Source of the DNA: Octopus vulgaris
Taxonomy: Eukaryota
Assembly (NCBI GenBank): GCA_951406725.2
Contig: OX597826.1
Location: forward strand, 2,852,001-2,916,000
Length of the DNA stretch: 64,000 nucleotides
Direction: 5' to 3'
A program made the translations under genes and the position numbers. Positions within the stretch are counted from its first letter, which is position 1. Each line of letters starts with the position of its first letter. Below are positions 28,666 to 44,040 of this stretch, in pieces. The notes under the pieces were generated by a model. That model was not told the origin of the DNA and ran no database searches. It saw nothing but the letters and a program-made list of their open reading frames with translations.

Positions 28666-29301
28666 TATATATATATATATATATATACGCAAAATACATC
28701 ACGCTGTAAATATGTGTTGTGTGCGTCTGTGCTTGTACGCATTTATATGATATCAATTTTTATCATTTTTGTGGTGAATATATCTTCTTTCCGTTAACTT
28801 ATGAACTAGAGGCATTTCGTTATCTATCTATCTATCTGCCGGTCTGTCTGTCTGTTTATCTATCTATTTACTTATCTATCTATATAACTATGTATACACA
28901 CACACACACACATATATATACGTACACATATTCATACACACATATACACGCACAAGCACACATGCGCGCGCACAAACACACACACACACTCACACACACA
29001 CACACACACACTCAAGTTTCAAAAGTTAACAAAAGCATGACAAAAGGCGAAGAGATTATCCACACAGGAGACATGGATATGCTCTTTCTTCGTCAGTTGT
29101 CGTAAAACATAAATCATTACAATTTCACGCAGTTATTGAAAATATTGTTCACTTTTGTTGGCGTGAAAAGTGGATAGCTGCAGGGAATATTGAACGAATG
29201 TCGACGAAAATGAAAACAAGAATAAACACCAGACAAGTATCAATGTAAGTATACACACGAATTATATTATACTTTATACAGACAAAATAAAGACCCACGG
29301 T

Positions 29302-29355
<54 letters not shown>

Positions 29356-29384
29356 TTCTCTGTGTGTGAGTGTGTAAAATATAT

Positions 29385-29720
29385 ATATATCTGTATATAT
29401 GAAACTGAGAATGTGTGTTGGTCTGTCTGTCTATATGAATCGCTAAAACCTGAGAACTACACAACCAATTTCATTCAAATTTTACACATGCCTTACTTAA
29501 GGTCCACGTAAGATCATGGGCAAAACATTTTTTAACTTCTTGCCTAGGGCGAGCCCACAGCAATATCATATCTTCTCCACTATTTCAGTATTACGTGTCA
29601 AAAGTGAAACAAAAACATCTCTCTATTATAATGCCAGATACTTTCACTTTAATAGTGAAACTATTATATGTGGAATGAACTGAAAGTGAACATCCCTCTA
29701 ATATGTATGTAATATAATTT
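29385..29720 (+). mobile_element. Non-autonomous Helitron-like fragment
   Basis: 5' TC..TATAT, GTCT repeats and ACCAATTTCATTCAAATTTT motif shared in style with the 47.8-kb element; no 3' CTAG end found. Confidence 0.45.
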
Positions 29721-29880
29721 TTTCTGAAACTTCAGACTTTTCAATGTGCTACACTACTGGTTTTAAATTGATATTAATCATATTAATATTCAACTTTTCA
29801 CACTTATTATTTTAAATATAAATTTACACATATATACATGCATATATACATACATGCACACATACACACACACATACATA

Positions 29881-30150
29881 GGTGCAGGTGTGGCTGTGTT
29901 CAGTCCCACTGTGTGGTGACTTGGCATGTGACTTCTGCTATAGCCTCAGACCAACCAAAGCCTTATCAGTGGATTTTGTACACAGAAACTGAAAGAAATA
30001 AATCGTATATATATATGTATGTATGTATATATGTAAGTCTATGTGTGTGTCTTTGTGTTTCTCCCTCTCACTGCTTCACAACTGCTGTTCGTTTATTTAG
30101 AGCTCCATAACCTACTGGTTTCACAAGAAGAAACTTATAGAATAAGTGTG
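29881..30150 (+). mobile_element. Decayed family A SINE
   Basis: GGTGCAGGTGTGGCTGTG..CAGTCCCACTG..AGAATAAGT. Confidence 0.75.
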
Positions 30151-30212
30151 AAAAACTGAATATTAATTTGATAGCATCTTGTATTACATATATATATCAT
30201 ATATATAAATGC

Positions 30213-30263
<51 letters not shown>

Positions 30264-30336
30264 AGAATTTTTCGAAAAAAATCCTATCAATGGCCAATGG
30301 GTATGATAAAGTATTTCACTTATTTCTTTACCGCAT

Positions 30337-30397
30337 TTATTACTGATGAAGAGAAGGTTCTTATGAACTAAATCTGAAATCGGGTCCGATATGGTAA
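30337..30397 (+). ncRNA. Type I hammerhead ribozyme motif
   Basis: TTATTA CTGATGA AGA..GGTTC TTAT GAACT..TCT GAAA TCGG GT CCGA TA TGGTAA; stem I has two G-U pairs; the ~280-bp host island is flanked by (TA)n. Confidence 0.65.
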
Positions 30398-30535
30398 TAA
30401 CGAAAATTTTTAGAAATTTCTGTCGGCTTTCTTTGAAACACGTGCTTGTAGTGATAAATTACAGGGTTATTGATGTAGTGTCTATTTTCGGCATATCGTG
30501 GCATTAGAAATTTTTTATTTTGCCCTTACTTATAA

Positions 30536-30580
<45 letters not shown>

Positions 30581-30606
30581 ATATATATATATATATATAT
30601 ATAGAA

Positions 30607-30660
<54 letters not shown>

Positions 30661-31129
30661 GTACATACGCAATTACACACGCTCGCGCTCACAGTCAGCC
30701 TGGCACGTGTTTATATATTACCGCTACTAATATTATTTTGCATTCGCTGTTTTAATGGCTCCATGTTGAGTTAGAAGGATATGTTTTGAGAACAATGTGT
30801 ATTAACACACGTTACTTGCTTTTCATTGTAAATTTTCCTCCGTCCATTTTCCCCCACATAATTCTCGTAAAAACATCGCTGGCAATCCTGCTTCTTTCAG
30901 ATATATAGTTTAAAACTATAGTCACCATATATCCGTTTCCGAAATAGCCAATGAAAACCAAGCATTTACACTAAACATGGACGCAAGTGCTTTGCCAAAT
31001 AGTTGTTGATATAGCTATATGAATGGCCTCACAAACTGTTGCTCTACTGTCAAGATCAAACGGTTTCCTATCAACCATGTCAATATGGAATGCAATCATG
31101 TGGCAGTTTTATTGATTAGTTTATTTATT

Positions 31130-31494
31130 ACCTGAACATAGTAATAATAATAATAATGATAATGGTGGTGGTGGCAGCGATGCTGATGATGACAACGTTG
31201 ATAATAATAATGATAGCAATACCAATAATAATAATGATAATAATAATATTGATAATGGTGATGATTATGATAATGGTAAATGATATTTGCAATGATGATA
31301 ACAATAATAAGAATATGAGTATCATTAATAATAATAGAGATTATTCATACCATTCCTCCAGTAATTCTTCTTCTTCTTCTTCTTCTTCTTCTTCTTCTTC
31401 TTCTTCTTCTTCTCCTCCTCCTCCTTCTCCTCCTCCTTCTACTTCTTTTTTGTTTTTTTCTCATTTTTATTATCATCATCATCATCATCATCAC

Positions 31495-31549
<55 letters not shown>

Positions 31550-31586
31550 GCTGTTATTATTATTATTATTGGTATCATCATCATCA

Positions 31587-31631
<45 letters not shown>

Positions 31632-31756
31632 TATTATTATTATTATTATTACTATTATTATTGTTATTATTATCATTATTATTACTATTATTGTTATTAT
31701 TATTACTATTATTGTTATTATTATTACTATTATTATTATTATTATTATTATTGTTA

Positions 31757-31803
<47 letters not shown>

Positions 31804-31843
31804 GCTGTTATTATTATTATTATTGGTATCATCATCATCATCA

Positions 31844-31885
<42 letters not shown>

Positions 31886-32034
31886 TATTATTATTGTTAT
31901 TATTATTACTATTATTATTATTATTATTATCATTATTATTACTATTATTGTTATTATTATTACTATTATTGTTATTATTATTACTATTATTATTATTATT
32001 TTTATTATTGTTATTGCTATCATCATTATTATTA

Positions 32035-32070
<36 letters not shown>
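31130..32070. repeat. Compound trinucleotide microsatellite (ATT/TCT/CAT)
   Basis: Direct reading. Confidence 0.95.
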
Positions 32071-32072
<2 letters not shown>

Positions 32073-32872
32073 GTTGTAATAAAAGACAGAACAAGCAAAT
32101 TATTATTATCTGTGTGATAGTAGTCGTCACGATGTTAGTCTTCATCATCATCCTGTCATCATTAGCATCCACTTCAATATTTTCATGTGCATCATGATGA
32201 TGATGATCATCATCATCATCCCCATGACCATTACCACCATTATCACTGTTGCTTCTAAAAAGCAGAGCAGTTCCTTGTATTTTCTCTGATGGTTAATTGT
32301 ATTCTCTCTGAGTGTTTAATGGTGTCAACAACAATTTATATGTTAGGTTAAACATGGGGAAAAAATGACAAAAATCAGAAATCAAACTGGTACTAGAGAA
32401 AGATAGAGGTTCTTTTTTCAACAAAGGAAAAGAAAACGGAGTTTCTTCTTTGTTTTCCGTGAAAGAAATACGAAAAAAAAAATGATGTGGTGTAGATGCA
32501 AAAGAACAAGAGGATAAGTGTGAGTATGAAAATAGAGGAGGTTGCAGAAATTTAGATTGAAAGAGGAACATTGTGAGAAATATATAAGAAAAAAAAAGGG
32601 TAAGAGACTTAAAAGGAATGAGAATGGTTTCAAGTGCAAGAGAAATATATATGAAGTATGTTGAAGAAATGATTAGGAAAGGTTTGGCATGTAAACAAGG
32701 GTAGAACGTCGTCCGTTGACGTTGATGTTAATAATGGAAGCTCGGAAAACATGAATATCGAATACATGTATTAAAATCTACGATGCACGCTTTTCACGTA
32801 CACGCACGGATACTCACAGACAAGCAAACAACCTAGCTTTGGTGCACGTTATATATATACATACATATACAT

Positions 32873-32914
<42 letters not shown>

Positions 32915-33056
32915 TATATATATCATATATATATATGTATATATATATGTATATGTATATATATGCATGAATATATATGTGTATATTTATATATATATTT
33001 ATATATAGAAATATATATATATATATGTATATATATATGTATGCGTATATATTTAC

Positions 33057-33090
<34 letters not shown>

Positions 33091-33262
33091 ATATATATAT
33101 ATATATACGTGTGTGTGTGTGCGCGTGTGCATGTATATATACTATATAAGTACATAAGAATAATCATTTCCACATACACACAGAAAAACACACAATCACG
33201 CACACAAAAACACACACTCATACATGCACACGAACACGCACACACGCACACACAGACACACT

Positions 33263-33308
<46 letters not shown>

Positions 33309-34104
33309 CATATATGGATTTATGTGAGCGAGTGTGTATGCGTGTATCCATTTCACAAACAGCAACGAAATAAGAAAAGTCAATAAAAATGAATGCATAA
33401 ATATAGAAGTACATTACTACAACGACAGCAACATCAACGGCAACAACAACAACAACAACAACAACAAAACAGCAACATCAACAACAACAACAACAGCAAC
33501 AACCTCAACAACAGCGGCAACATAAATGACAAAGACACGAGAATAGATGGAAATGTGTTCACAGATAATTTGTCATTGTGTTCACATTTGATATTCACTG
33601 TTTTGTATTTCATGCCAGATTGCTTCACTGCGCATGCACTCACTCACACATAGGCGATTACACAACGCACGAACGCCTAAATCGATGAATCTATACACGT
33701 AGGCAGAATCACAAACGCACTTGTATGGCAACAGACGCCCGTCCACAACCACATTAACTCGCACGCACGGAAGAAGTACAAGGCACTGTAATATACACAA
33801 ATATGTACATATATATATATAATAAATATAATACACAGGAATATAAATAACATACATATGTATACATGCATACATATATATATAAGTATATATGTATATA
33901 TATACGTATGCATACCATTATTTACATATACTTACATATACATATATAGGTATAAATATACATGTACATACATGTACATATATACATAAACATATATGTA
34001 TATACTTCTATATATATATATACATATATACATATACATTTATATATATATACATATATTATATATATATACATACATACATATATATATATATATCCGT
34101 GTCC

Positions 34105-34211
<107 letters not shown>

Positions 34212-34309
34212 TAAATAGATAGATATATAGATAGATAGATATTTTGTTACTAACACCATAAAAATTATTTTAATCTTTTACACCTTATGCAGAATTTATA
34301 TGTATTTAA

Positions 34310-34404
<95 letters not shown>

Positions 34405-34833
34405 TCACATAAGATTGTGTGGCCGTTTTGATATGAAAATAATATTTATGCTGCAGTGGACGTATATGTACGCGTCTGTAGGAAACGTACATCTGTTTTT
34501 GTATCTTATGACAGTAGACGATAAAGCAACATACAAAAAAAAACACACGCACACATATATATACACACATACGCACACACTCACACACGCAGACACAATT
34601 GCAGACAAGCGTGTGCATAAGAAATATTTCATCTATTGATATATATATATATATTTATAGACTATATGTCTGTATCTACATACATACTTACATATGTGTG
34701 TGTGTATGTGTATGTGTGTGTATGTGTTTGCACGCGCGTGTGAGTCTGTGTTTTATCTATCTACCCGTTTCTTTATTTAGTAATGAATCAATATACCAAT
34801 CTATTTATCTGTCCATACATATGTACATATACA

Positions 34834-34924
<91 letters not shown>

Positions 34925-35054
34925 GTGTTTGTGTGTGTGTGTGTGTGTGTATGTGTGTGTGTGTGTGTGCGTTTGTGTGTACACCAGAGTAAGCAGATAA
35001 ATCTAAAACAAGGTGAATAAAATAGCACTTGAACACAGGAGGTAGACTATTATG

Positions 35055-35199
35055 CTTTATAAATAAAGCTGCAATGACATCACAGAGACTGTTACTCAGA
35101 GTTTCACGTACCCGTTCCTCAGCCATAACTGTTCGAAGAACGGGTACGAGAAGCTCTGAGTAAATTTTTTTGTGATATGTTTCCAGATTCATTAATAAA

Positions 35200-35200
<1 letters not shown>
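35055..35200. mobile_element. Fold-back of two degenerate hammerhead copies (PLE pLTR-like)
   Basis: Minus: CTGAGGA ACG GGTA CGT GAAA CTCTGAG TA ACAGT. Plus: ACTGT TCGAAGA ACGGGTACGA GAAG CTCTGAG TA. Confidence 0.6.
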
Positions 35201-35250
<50 letters not shown>

Positions 35251-35267
35251 AATATATATACATATAT

Positions 35268-35782
35268 GCGCAGGAGTGGCTGTGTGGTAAGTATCTTGCT
35301 TACCAGTCACATGGCTCCGGGATCAGTCCCACTGCGTGGCACCTTGGGCAAGTGACTTCTACTATAGCCTAGGGCCGACCAAAGTCGATTTGTGAGTGGA
35401 TTTGGTAGACGGAACCTGAAAGAAGCCCGTCATATATATGTATATATTTGTGTCTGTTTGTGTGTCTGTGTTTGTTCCCCCAACATCGCTTGACAACCGA
35501 TGCTGATGTGTTTACGTCCCCGTTACTTAGCGGTTCGTCAATAGATATTGGTAGAATAAGTACTAGGCTTCCAAAGAATAAGTCCTTGGGCCGATTTGCT
35601 CGACTAAAGGCTGTGCTCCAGCATGGCCACATTCAAATGACTGAAACACTTAAAAATAGTAAAAGAGTAAAAGAATACACGTTACAAAAATAATTCCATT
35701 AAAACACTGTCTATTTGCTCGACTAAAAGCGGTGCTCCAGCATGGCCACAGTCAAATGACTGAAAGAAGTAAAAGAGTAAAG
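35268..35782 (+). mobile_element. Family A SINE with a duplicated 3' tail (35713-35782)
   Basis: Full head and body; ATTTGCTCGACTAAA..GTGCTCCAGCATGGCCACA..CAAATGACTGAAA occurs twice. Confidence 0.9.
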
Positions 35783-36475
35783 ATTATATATATATATGTA
35801 TGTATGTGTTCTTGTGAATTTTTGTTTCTGTCAGCCCAAACCATCGCTAGACACCCGGCGTCCGTGTGTTTATGAGCCCCGATATTCGTAGTTCAGCATG
35901 ATTAAAGGAGAGAACAAATACCAGATTTCAAAAAATTTATCCTGGGTTCGATATATTCCACTAAAATCAGTGAAAAGCGCTTCGCAATCTTGTCTTCTGT
36001 TCAGTGTCGGAAACGAGGTAAAGATGTAAGACACCGTACATATGATGTTTAATACAGAGAAAATGAACACCAATTAAGCTGATGTATCGTTAAAATTTCC
36101 CTAAAAATAAATGCGCTTCAGCTGACTGAAATTTCGTAGATAGAATATATTAGGAAAAGAAAAAAAGGGAAGAAAATTTAAAGGAGATCGTGAATAAAAT
36201 AAAAGCGTTTCATGAACATGAAACTACAAACGTGCACACTGCAGAATAGATTATACGTAAACAATGTAACTTGCTATTTTCGTCATAATCGTGTAAGTTT
36301 GCAATTTCGTGATCATTCAGATACAATAAGTAGCGATTGTAATATACTTATGCATGTATCTATACATTTATATGTGTAGCCATGTATAAATAATGCATTT
36401 TAGTTCTATTGCAATCTATATCTAGCTATCTTAAATGTTTCCTACACTGGAGTGACAATATGTTTGGCATTTAAG

Positions 36476-36875
36476 GCGGCGAGCTGGCAGAATCGTTAGC
36501 ACGCCGGGCGAAATTCTTAGCGGTTTTTCATTTCTCTCTGTGTTCTGAACTCAAATTCCGCCGAGGTCAACTTTGCCTTTCATCCTTTGTGGGAGGAGGA
36601 TAAATTAAGTACCGGTTGTGTACTGGAGTCGATCTAATCGACTTGACAATTCCCGCCGACGGTTGTCAAGTAATGGGACAGGTGCAACACAGACACAATG
36701 ATACACACACAGACAACGTGCTTCTTTCTGTTTTCTTCTATCAAATCTACTCACATTACTTCGGTCGGCCAGAAGCTATAATAGAAGAAACTTGCCCAAG
36801 GTGCCACGCAGTTTGAATGAACCTGGAAACATGTGGTTGGGAAGCAAGCTTCCTACCACACAGCCACGCCTGCAC
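36476..36875. mobile_element. Family B SINE (+) abutting a partial family A SINE (-)
   Basis: B head at 36476; reverse complement of the A head at about 36830-36875. Confidence 0.8.
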
Positions 36876-37244
36876 CTAGCGACGACGTCAGCACCTATAC
36901 ATATATTTGTGTCTGTATATGTGTGTGTGTGTGTGTTCCTTCAGCTAAATTTACAATCACTAAAATATGATCATCACAATTCTCATGAGAACTTGGAAGT
37001 CATAATGAATGTTAGCTTTATACCTTATACTAAAATTTTGAGGTGAAACATTTAGTTTTCCATTCTTTTGTTAGATGACATTGGCAACGCATATTAGCCG
37101 TTGCAATGCCTTCAGGACAGGTCAGAAGAAGTGAAGTTGTTATCCTACAATAAAAGAACTTGGATTCTACCGGTGGACTTGGATGTTTGACATCCCTTTA
37201 AAGGATTTCGGTCCACAACTCTTATCTATATGTGTATATATATG

Positions 37245-37377
<133 letters not shown>

Positions 37378-38337
37378 CTATATATGGTTTTATTTAAAAT
37401 GTTCCTCTCTGAAATTAATCAAACAGCGATTATTCAACTTTTAATAAAAGAAAAAAGGACTGGAGTCATATTACGTCAACCAGGCAAGGATATATAGAAT
37501 CCCCACCGAAAAATGTTCTTCCACAGTTTAATTGCACCAATTTTCCGTACCGGATCGCAATGAAGTATCAAATTCAAAGACACATATTCTATGTATTCAA
37601 ATATTTTTTATAGATAGTATCTTTGCACAAACAACAGAAATAATCAATAGCAAATAATAACTTGTTCAAATATCTTATGAATGTAAATTCCGAGGACGAC
37701 TTTCGGCAATCTAAAACACTGACACACACTCGCACGCAAGCACGCACTATCATGCACGCGCGCACGCAAACAAGAACGCTCGCACGGGCACACGCAAACG
37801 AGCAGACACATGTATCTTTTGTAAGCTGGAATAATATATGTATGATGCTTATGGTTAACTTAGTGTCTGTTTAGAATAAACTTTGTACCGAATAACAACT
37901 GACGTAATTATAGACCACTTTTGCAGAGCCAGAGACCATATCTCTTAGAATATGTTGAACGAGATTATATGGCATTCATCTGTTTTCTAATGTAGTTACG
38001 AAATTTTCTGTTCTCCTTTAACACATGCTTTTTCCCTTATTGGAGGGAAAAAACAATATTGTTGTACTTGCTTTTGAATTGCAAAGAAGAAAAGTTAAAC
38101 CAAAAACAAGTCTTATCTGGTCCTCCATTTCTTTGTAATGTTCAATAAATATGTATGTGAAGTATGCTCACTGTCTCCTTGTCTCTCGTCCTCTTTCTCT
38201 CTATCTACAAATAGATGTAGATATGTATATATATATATACATCTAAATATATGTATGTATACATATGCATGTAAACATGCATGAAAATATATATTAATAT
38301 GTATACACGCACATATAATCATTTACATATATGTACA

Positions 38338-38392
<55 letters not shown>

Positions 38393-38424
38393 ATCTATCC
38401 ATCTATCAATCTGTGTGTGTGTGC

Positions 38425-38455
<31 letters not shown>

Positions 38456-38834
38456 AAGGATTGAACATACAGAACATAGCAAGGAGAAAAAATTTAGACG
38501 AAAGCAGAGCAAACAGGATACTAGACGAAAACTTAACTGCTGAGGAATATAGACAAAGACACTATACATGGAATGTTCGCAGCTGAGATACCCTCGTCAG
38601 TCAATGACCAAAATGCCATCGTCGTTTCGCACCGTTTTCATTGAGACCACTCAATCTTGGCCGCGTCAGTGCTGTTAGTAACCTACTGGCAAAAAGCTAG
38701 TTAAAATATACCGAGACAGAATCAGGCAAGACATATGTAGATACAACACACGAATAACTATGCATATATAACAACGCGATATATATACATATATATATAC
38801 ATACATATATATATATACATATATATATATATAC

Positions 38835-38865
<31 letters not shown>

Positions 38866-39153
38866 ATCCAAACAAGAAAACACAGAAAAAAGGGGAAAAA
38901 AAGGAGAAAAAACACAGCAACGCAGGACGTGGAACAATTAAAGTATTATTGACGCTCAGGAAAGAAGGGAAGGAGGGTTTAATGTTTCGAGCGGAAACAA
39001 GGAGAAGGAAAGATCCCAAAGAGGGAAGACAGAGGAGAAAATATTTGAGCTGGTGGTGCTTAAGAGATCACATATATATATATGTTAGAAATAGATTTCA
39101 AAGAAGAAACGCTACGTGTCGTATGAACAGGGAAAAAGTAAAAAGAAAACAAA

Positions 39154-39590
39154 GAAAATGCACATTCGATATAAAAAATAAAGGCTTTCTTAGGAGATGC
39201 AAAGATATATACACACAATTAGTTGATTTCAGGTGGAATTATGAAGTATGAAAATCATTATTATGAATCATCACAGAAATTCAAATTCATGCATCCCATA
39301 CACTTTCTTATTCCAGTATATATTTCTACCTTAATTGCATCACTTCCAGAACTGCTTACCTCCCTTGCGTGTAATGTCTTCACTCAGGTTCTATTAGACC
39401 CAATACAGTTTGGAAATCGGTGTTCATTTAAAGTTAGTATTCAGCTCTGACGATACCGGTATGACTTTGAATCTCTATAATGATTCATAATAATGATCTT
39501 TATATTTCATAATTCCACCTCAAATCATCAAATTGTATGTATATATCTTTGCTTCCCTTTGTTTTTTATTATATCTAATGTGCATTTGCT
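39154..39590. mobile_element. Decayed inverted-arm element (PLE pLTR-like)
   Basis: 39154-39291 is the reverse complement of 39459-39590; residual CTGACGA..ACCGGTA at 39447-39461. Confidence 0.55.
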
Positions 39591-40059
39591 TTTTTGGAAT
39601 TAGTAAGACGTGACGTTAATACAGCATATTCTCTTTTATATTTCCGGTCGTCAGTAAGATTTTTTTCTGTTTTTGTGGTTTTTCCGTTCTATAACATTTG
39701 TTTCTATGTATTCACTAAAAATAAACCCCATCACATTAGTGGAGAGATACGATTTTTGTTTTACTGAAGTAAACTTATATCATGGTATATTCCTATTACA
39801 TCACAGAAAATCTTCCGTCAAAAGTAGTCTATAATTCTCTTGTCTAATATATCCAATGCAAACAAATTCAGAATTTTAAATGGTAAACATTTTAGTCAAA
39901 GCGTTGCAATTTTTGAAAGTAGATGAATAAATCTGGTGACATTTAACATTTCAAAATTTCGATCCAAATGGTATCCGTTGTACATTCAGTTGTATATTTT
40001 AATTAATTATTTTAATAACATACATATATACTTGCATATACACACATACATAATTATAT

Positions 40060-40179
<120 letters not shown>

Positions 40180-40659
40180 TATATCATATGCTTAACGGCC
40201 TAAGGATCCTGCTAACCTTGATCTTACTACATATTTCTGATATATGCATAAACAAATGCACAACTGTTGATTAACTCAACAGATCTCTAAGATGAAACGA
40301 AAAAAAAATTACGTATATTTAATGCGGATTTGCAAAAAAGAAAGGATTTATATTGGTAAAATATTGGAATCGTGTAATATAAAATACAACGGCTCATGTT
40401 AAAGTTTGGTCGTATGACATCTGAAATCTAGAAAATTATTTTAAATGTCAGATGTGTATGATAGGATTAATATTTTTGTATTTCTTCAAGGCTATTAGGA
40501 TCTATATTAGATATGGATATTCATTGCACGTGTATATTCAGCTGAGCAAATAATTAGATCAGAAAAAAAAAGTTATCCATGTTTATATATATTTCCGTTA
40601 TATTTTGGTGGGCGGGCAATCTGCAAAATGAATGCGTTTGCATATCTTTCTAACTACTC

Positions 40660-41104
<445 letters not shown>

Positions 41105-41234
41105 TGTGTATATGTGTGTGTATTTATAACTCTTTCATAAGTTGTTTTTTCACTGAACATCTACATACCTATATTTATGCGTACATATTTACATATATGC
41201 ATGTGTACATACATATATATGTATATATATATAA

Positions 41235-41290
<56 letters not shown>

Positions 41291-42014
41291 GTATACATGT
41301 GTGAGTGTGCCTGTATGTTTGTGTGCGTGTTTGTGTGTATGTGTGTGGCTATGTGTGTAAACACAACATTTATTTCACATAGATGGACATCGGCACTGTC
41401 ATGTTCTTTAAACTTCATTGCTAATGATTAACAAAATTTGTTTACAAACTCGTGATAAAAGAAAGCTACATCCCCGCATAATTAGTGATATGAAAGTATT
41501 TACATCTAATTAGTATACTTCAACAAGGGAGCTCGCATCTCACAACATACTAGATTTAATGATCAAAAATTCAAAGGGATTTTCTTGCGAAAATAATGGC
41601 CTTTCAATTATTATTACATGCATACAGATATAATCGAATACATATATTCGTATGTATATATCGTTATACATACATAAACACACATTCATACAATACATGC
41701 ACACACATATGTGAATATCAAAGTGGCCACTATATGGCATGCGATTTGACGCAAACCGTATCGCTTCCATAGTTACTGATCTTATGATCCGATTTTAAAA
41801 GTGGATAAAGCAGGAGAATATATACTAATGGTTAATACATACTAAACTTGGAGAAACTTAGCTAATATACAGAGAATAAGAAAGAGGGAAGATTTGGAAC
41901 AATATGTTTTCTGTTCGTGAAATCTGCCGAATGGACAACTAAGAGAATATGTAAATATATATATATATATATACAATGTAAAATAAATAAAATGTATATA
42001 TAAAATATATAAAT

Positions 42015-42216
42015 ACTCTTTTACACATTTCAGTCTTTTGACTGCAGCCAAGCTGCAGTTCTGCCTTTAGTCGAACAAATCGACCTAAGGACTTATTATT
42101 GTTAAAGTTTAGTACATATTCTATCCACTCCATTTGCCCACTGCTAAGTTACGCAGTCTTAAAAATACCAACACTTGTCAAGCTGCGATGGGGGACAAAC
42201 ACAAACACACACACAC

Positions 42217-42268
<52 letters not shown>

Positions 42269-42345
42269 AGAAATAATTCTTTCAGTTTCCGTCTACCAAA
42301 ACCACTCATAGGGCTTTCAAGTTGTGATGGGGACAGACACAAAAA
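42015..42345 (-). mobile_element. Partial family A SINE
   Basis: Reverse complement of the tail and body. Confidence 0.75.
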
Positions 42346-42354
42346 CACACACAC

Positions 42355-42391
<37 letters not shown>

Positions 42392-42524
42392 AGTTCACTA
42401 AAAATTTAGATTCAGTTGAATATGGTACTTAAGATAAAGGCACCGCAATTTAGTATGGTATTATCCATAGAATTCAAAATGGGGTGATTATAATCAAGAT
42501 GAGCAACAAGGATACCCAGAGGTA

Positions 42525-42612
42525 ATGTAGTACGATCGTTTCATGCGACTCCATTTAATTGAAGAATGCAAGTGTTGCATCAGTTTGAAAATGTAGTGCA
42601 ATCTTCAGTGGC
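42525..42612 (-). ncRNA. Long-stem-II hammerhead-like motif (paralogue of 10777-10866)
   Basis: CTGAAGA TTGC..GCAT GAAA CGATCG TA CTACAT; the 5' strand of stem I has diverged. Confidence 0.5.
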
Positions 42613-43429
42613 AGAAAAATATAGAATTTAGTTAAATTTAAAAGATTCAGTTTTATAGTTATTCCATTAACCAAAATCACAAAGAGTGTAAGTAGGTAGA
42701 TAGAGAACAAGTTTCATCAAGAAAAACATAGTAGTAACTGATATTTTTTCATGAAGATAGCGCTTATCATTGATTTTACTTTGTTATTTAGATTACTACT
42801 GGCGGGGGGGTGGGTAAGACTAGCTTATCAGGTCTAGTGGAAAACAAGTATCTATATTTTATAGATAGAGAAAAAGACAGTTTAAGTGGCAGAACCATAA
42901 ATCAAGATCCCTTTGAAGTAGAAACCATTCGGGTCCAGTAGAATATATTTCAGCCAAAATTAGCAGGCTAAAGCTGATGGAGTAGGAAGAGTAAAAACTT
43001 ATATTACTTAACCATTTAACAGCCATAATCCCATTGGTAATTTGAAATAAAACTTTAGAGAGTTTTTCAAAGAATCAGAATAATTTTAGTATTTTACACA
43101 ATATAGGGATGGGGAATATAGAATTAATTTCATATTTATATAAGTTTCTATATCAATTTAATATAAATTTATAGTTAATTAGTAAATAGTAATTTATTGG
43201 TATTAATGAGTTAACTAAAAGGAATATGTTAAAAATTCCATATATTTTCTACATGCTAATAACTTTAGAATATATTTTTTGTGTTATAAAATAGAGAGTG
43301 AATTATATCAGTATGGTTCTGTATACGTTAAGTGTGAACTCAATAGAAATGTATTATCAGTAAAATGATATAGTGCGTAAATATATTATATATATATATA
43401 TATATATAAGTATGTATGTATGTATATCA

Positions 43430-43690
43430 GGTTAGTAAAGTTAGAGGCTGGAACAACCGTCTTTAAAGTTGGTGCATATTAATCATACTTTGGATTTCAT
43501 AACATATTCGCGTGGAGAGTTATTGTATATAGAGATATATCGGGGGATAAGTGGTTTATCTGGAATACGTTGGAGATAATGCTCCAGGAACCATTTAAAT
43601 ATTAAGGGATCTTTTTCTTCTCTTCTGTCTTTTCTTATGACGTTAAAAAGAGCAGGGCTTGTTGAGGTGAAATAGTTTCGTCTGGGTAGT
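43430..43690 (-). mobile_element. CR1/Jockey-type LINE 3' end
   Basis: RRNYFTSTSPALFNVIRKD..DPLIFKWFLEHYLQRIPDKPLIP..NNS matches the LFN.LP..FK..LD.FL..IPD.P C-terminus. Confidence 0.7.
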
Positions 43691-43908
43691 TTGCTACATC
43701 CGTATGTATGTATATAACAACATTAACAACAATAATAATGATAATATATATATATATACAAATACATTTATATATGTGTGTGTCTGTGTGAATATTTATA
43801 CTTCTCTATAAATATTTAAGCAGATACATACTTTTCCATATATGATATATATCAAAATAAAGATTATCATGTCATTTATAACCACCTTCATATTTATTAT
43901 TTATTGTA

Positions 43909-43976
<68 letters not shown>

Positions 43977-44040
43977 GTATATATACACATATATACGCAT
44001 ATGTGCCTGGGAAACTAATGATTATTCGTGTTACATTTTA

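Noticed and set aside
32330-32720. RTE-type APE endonuclease remnant
   Set aside because: Only a faint NGV..RI resemblance in purine-rich sequence.
38570-38675. CTGACGA and CTGACGC..GAAACG on the minus strand
   Set aside because: I cannot close stems I and III; at most heavily decayed HHR remnants.
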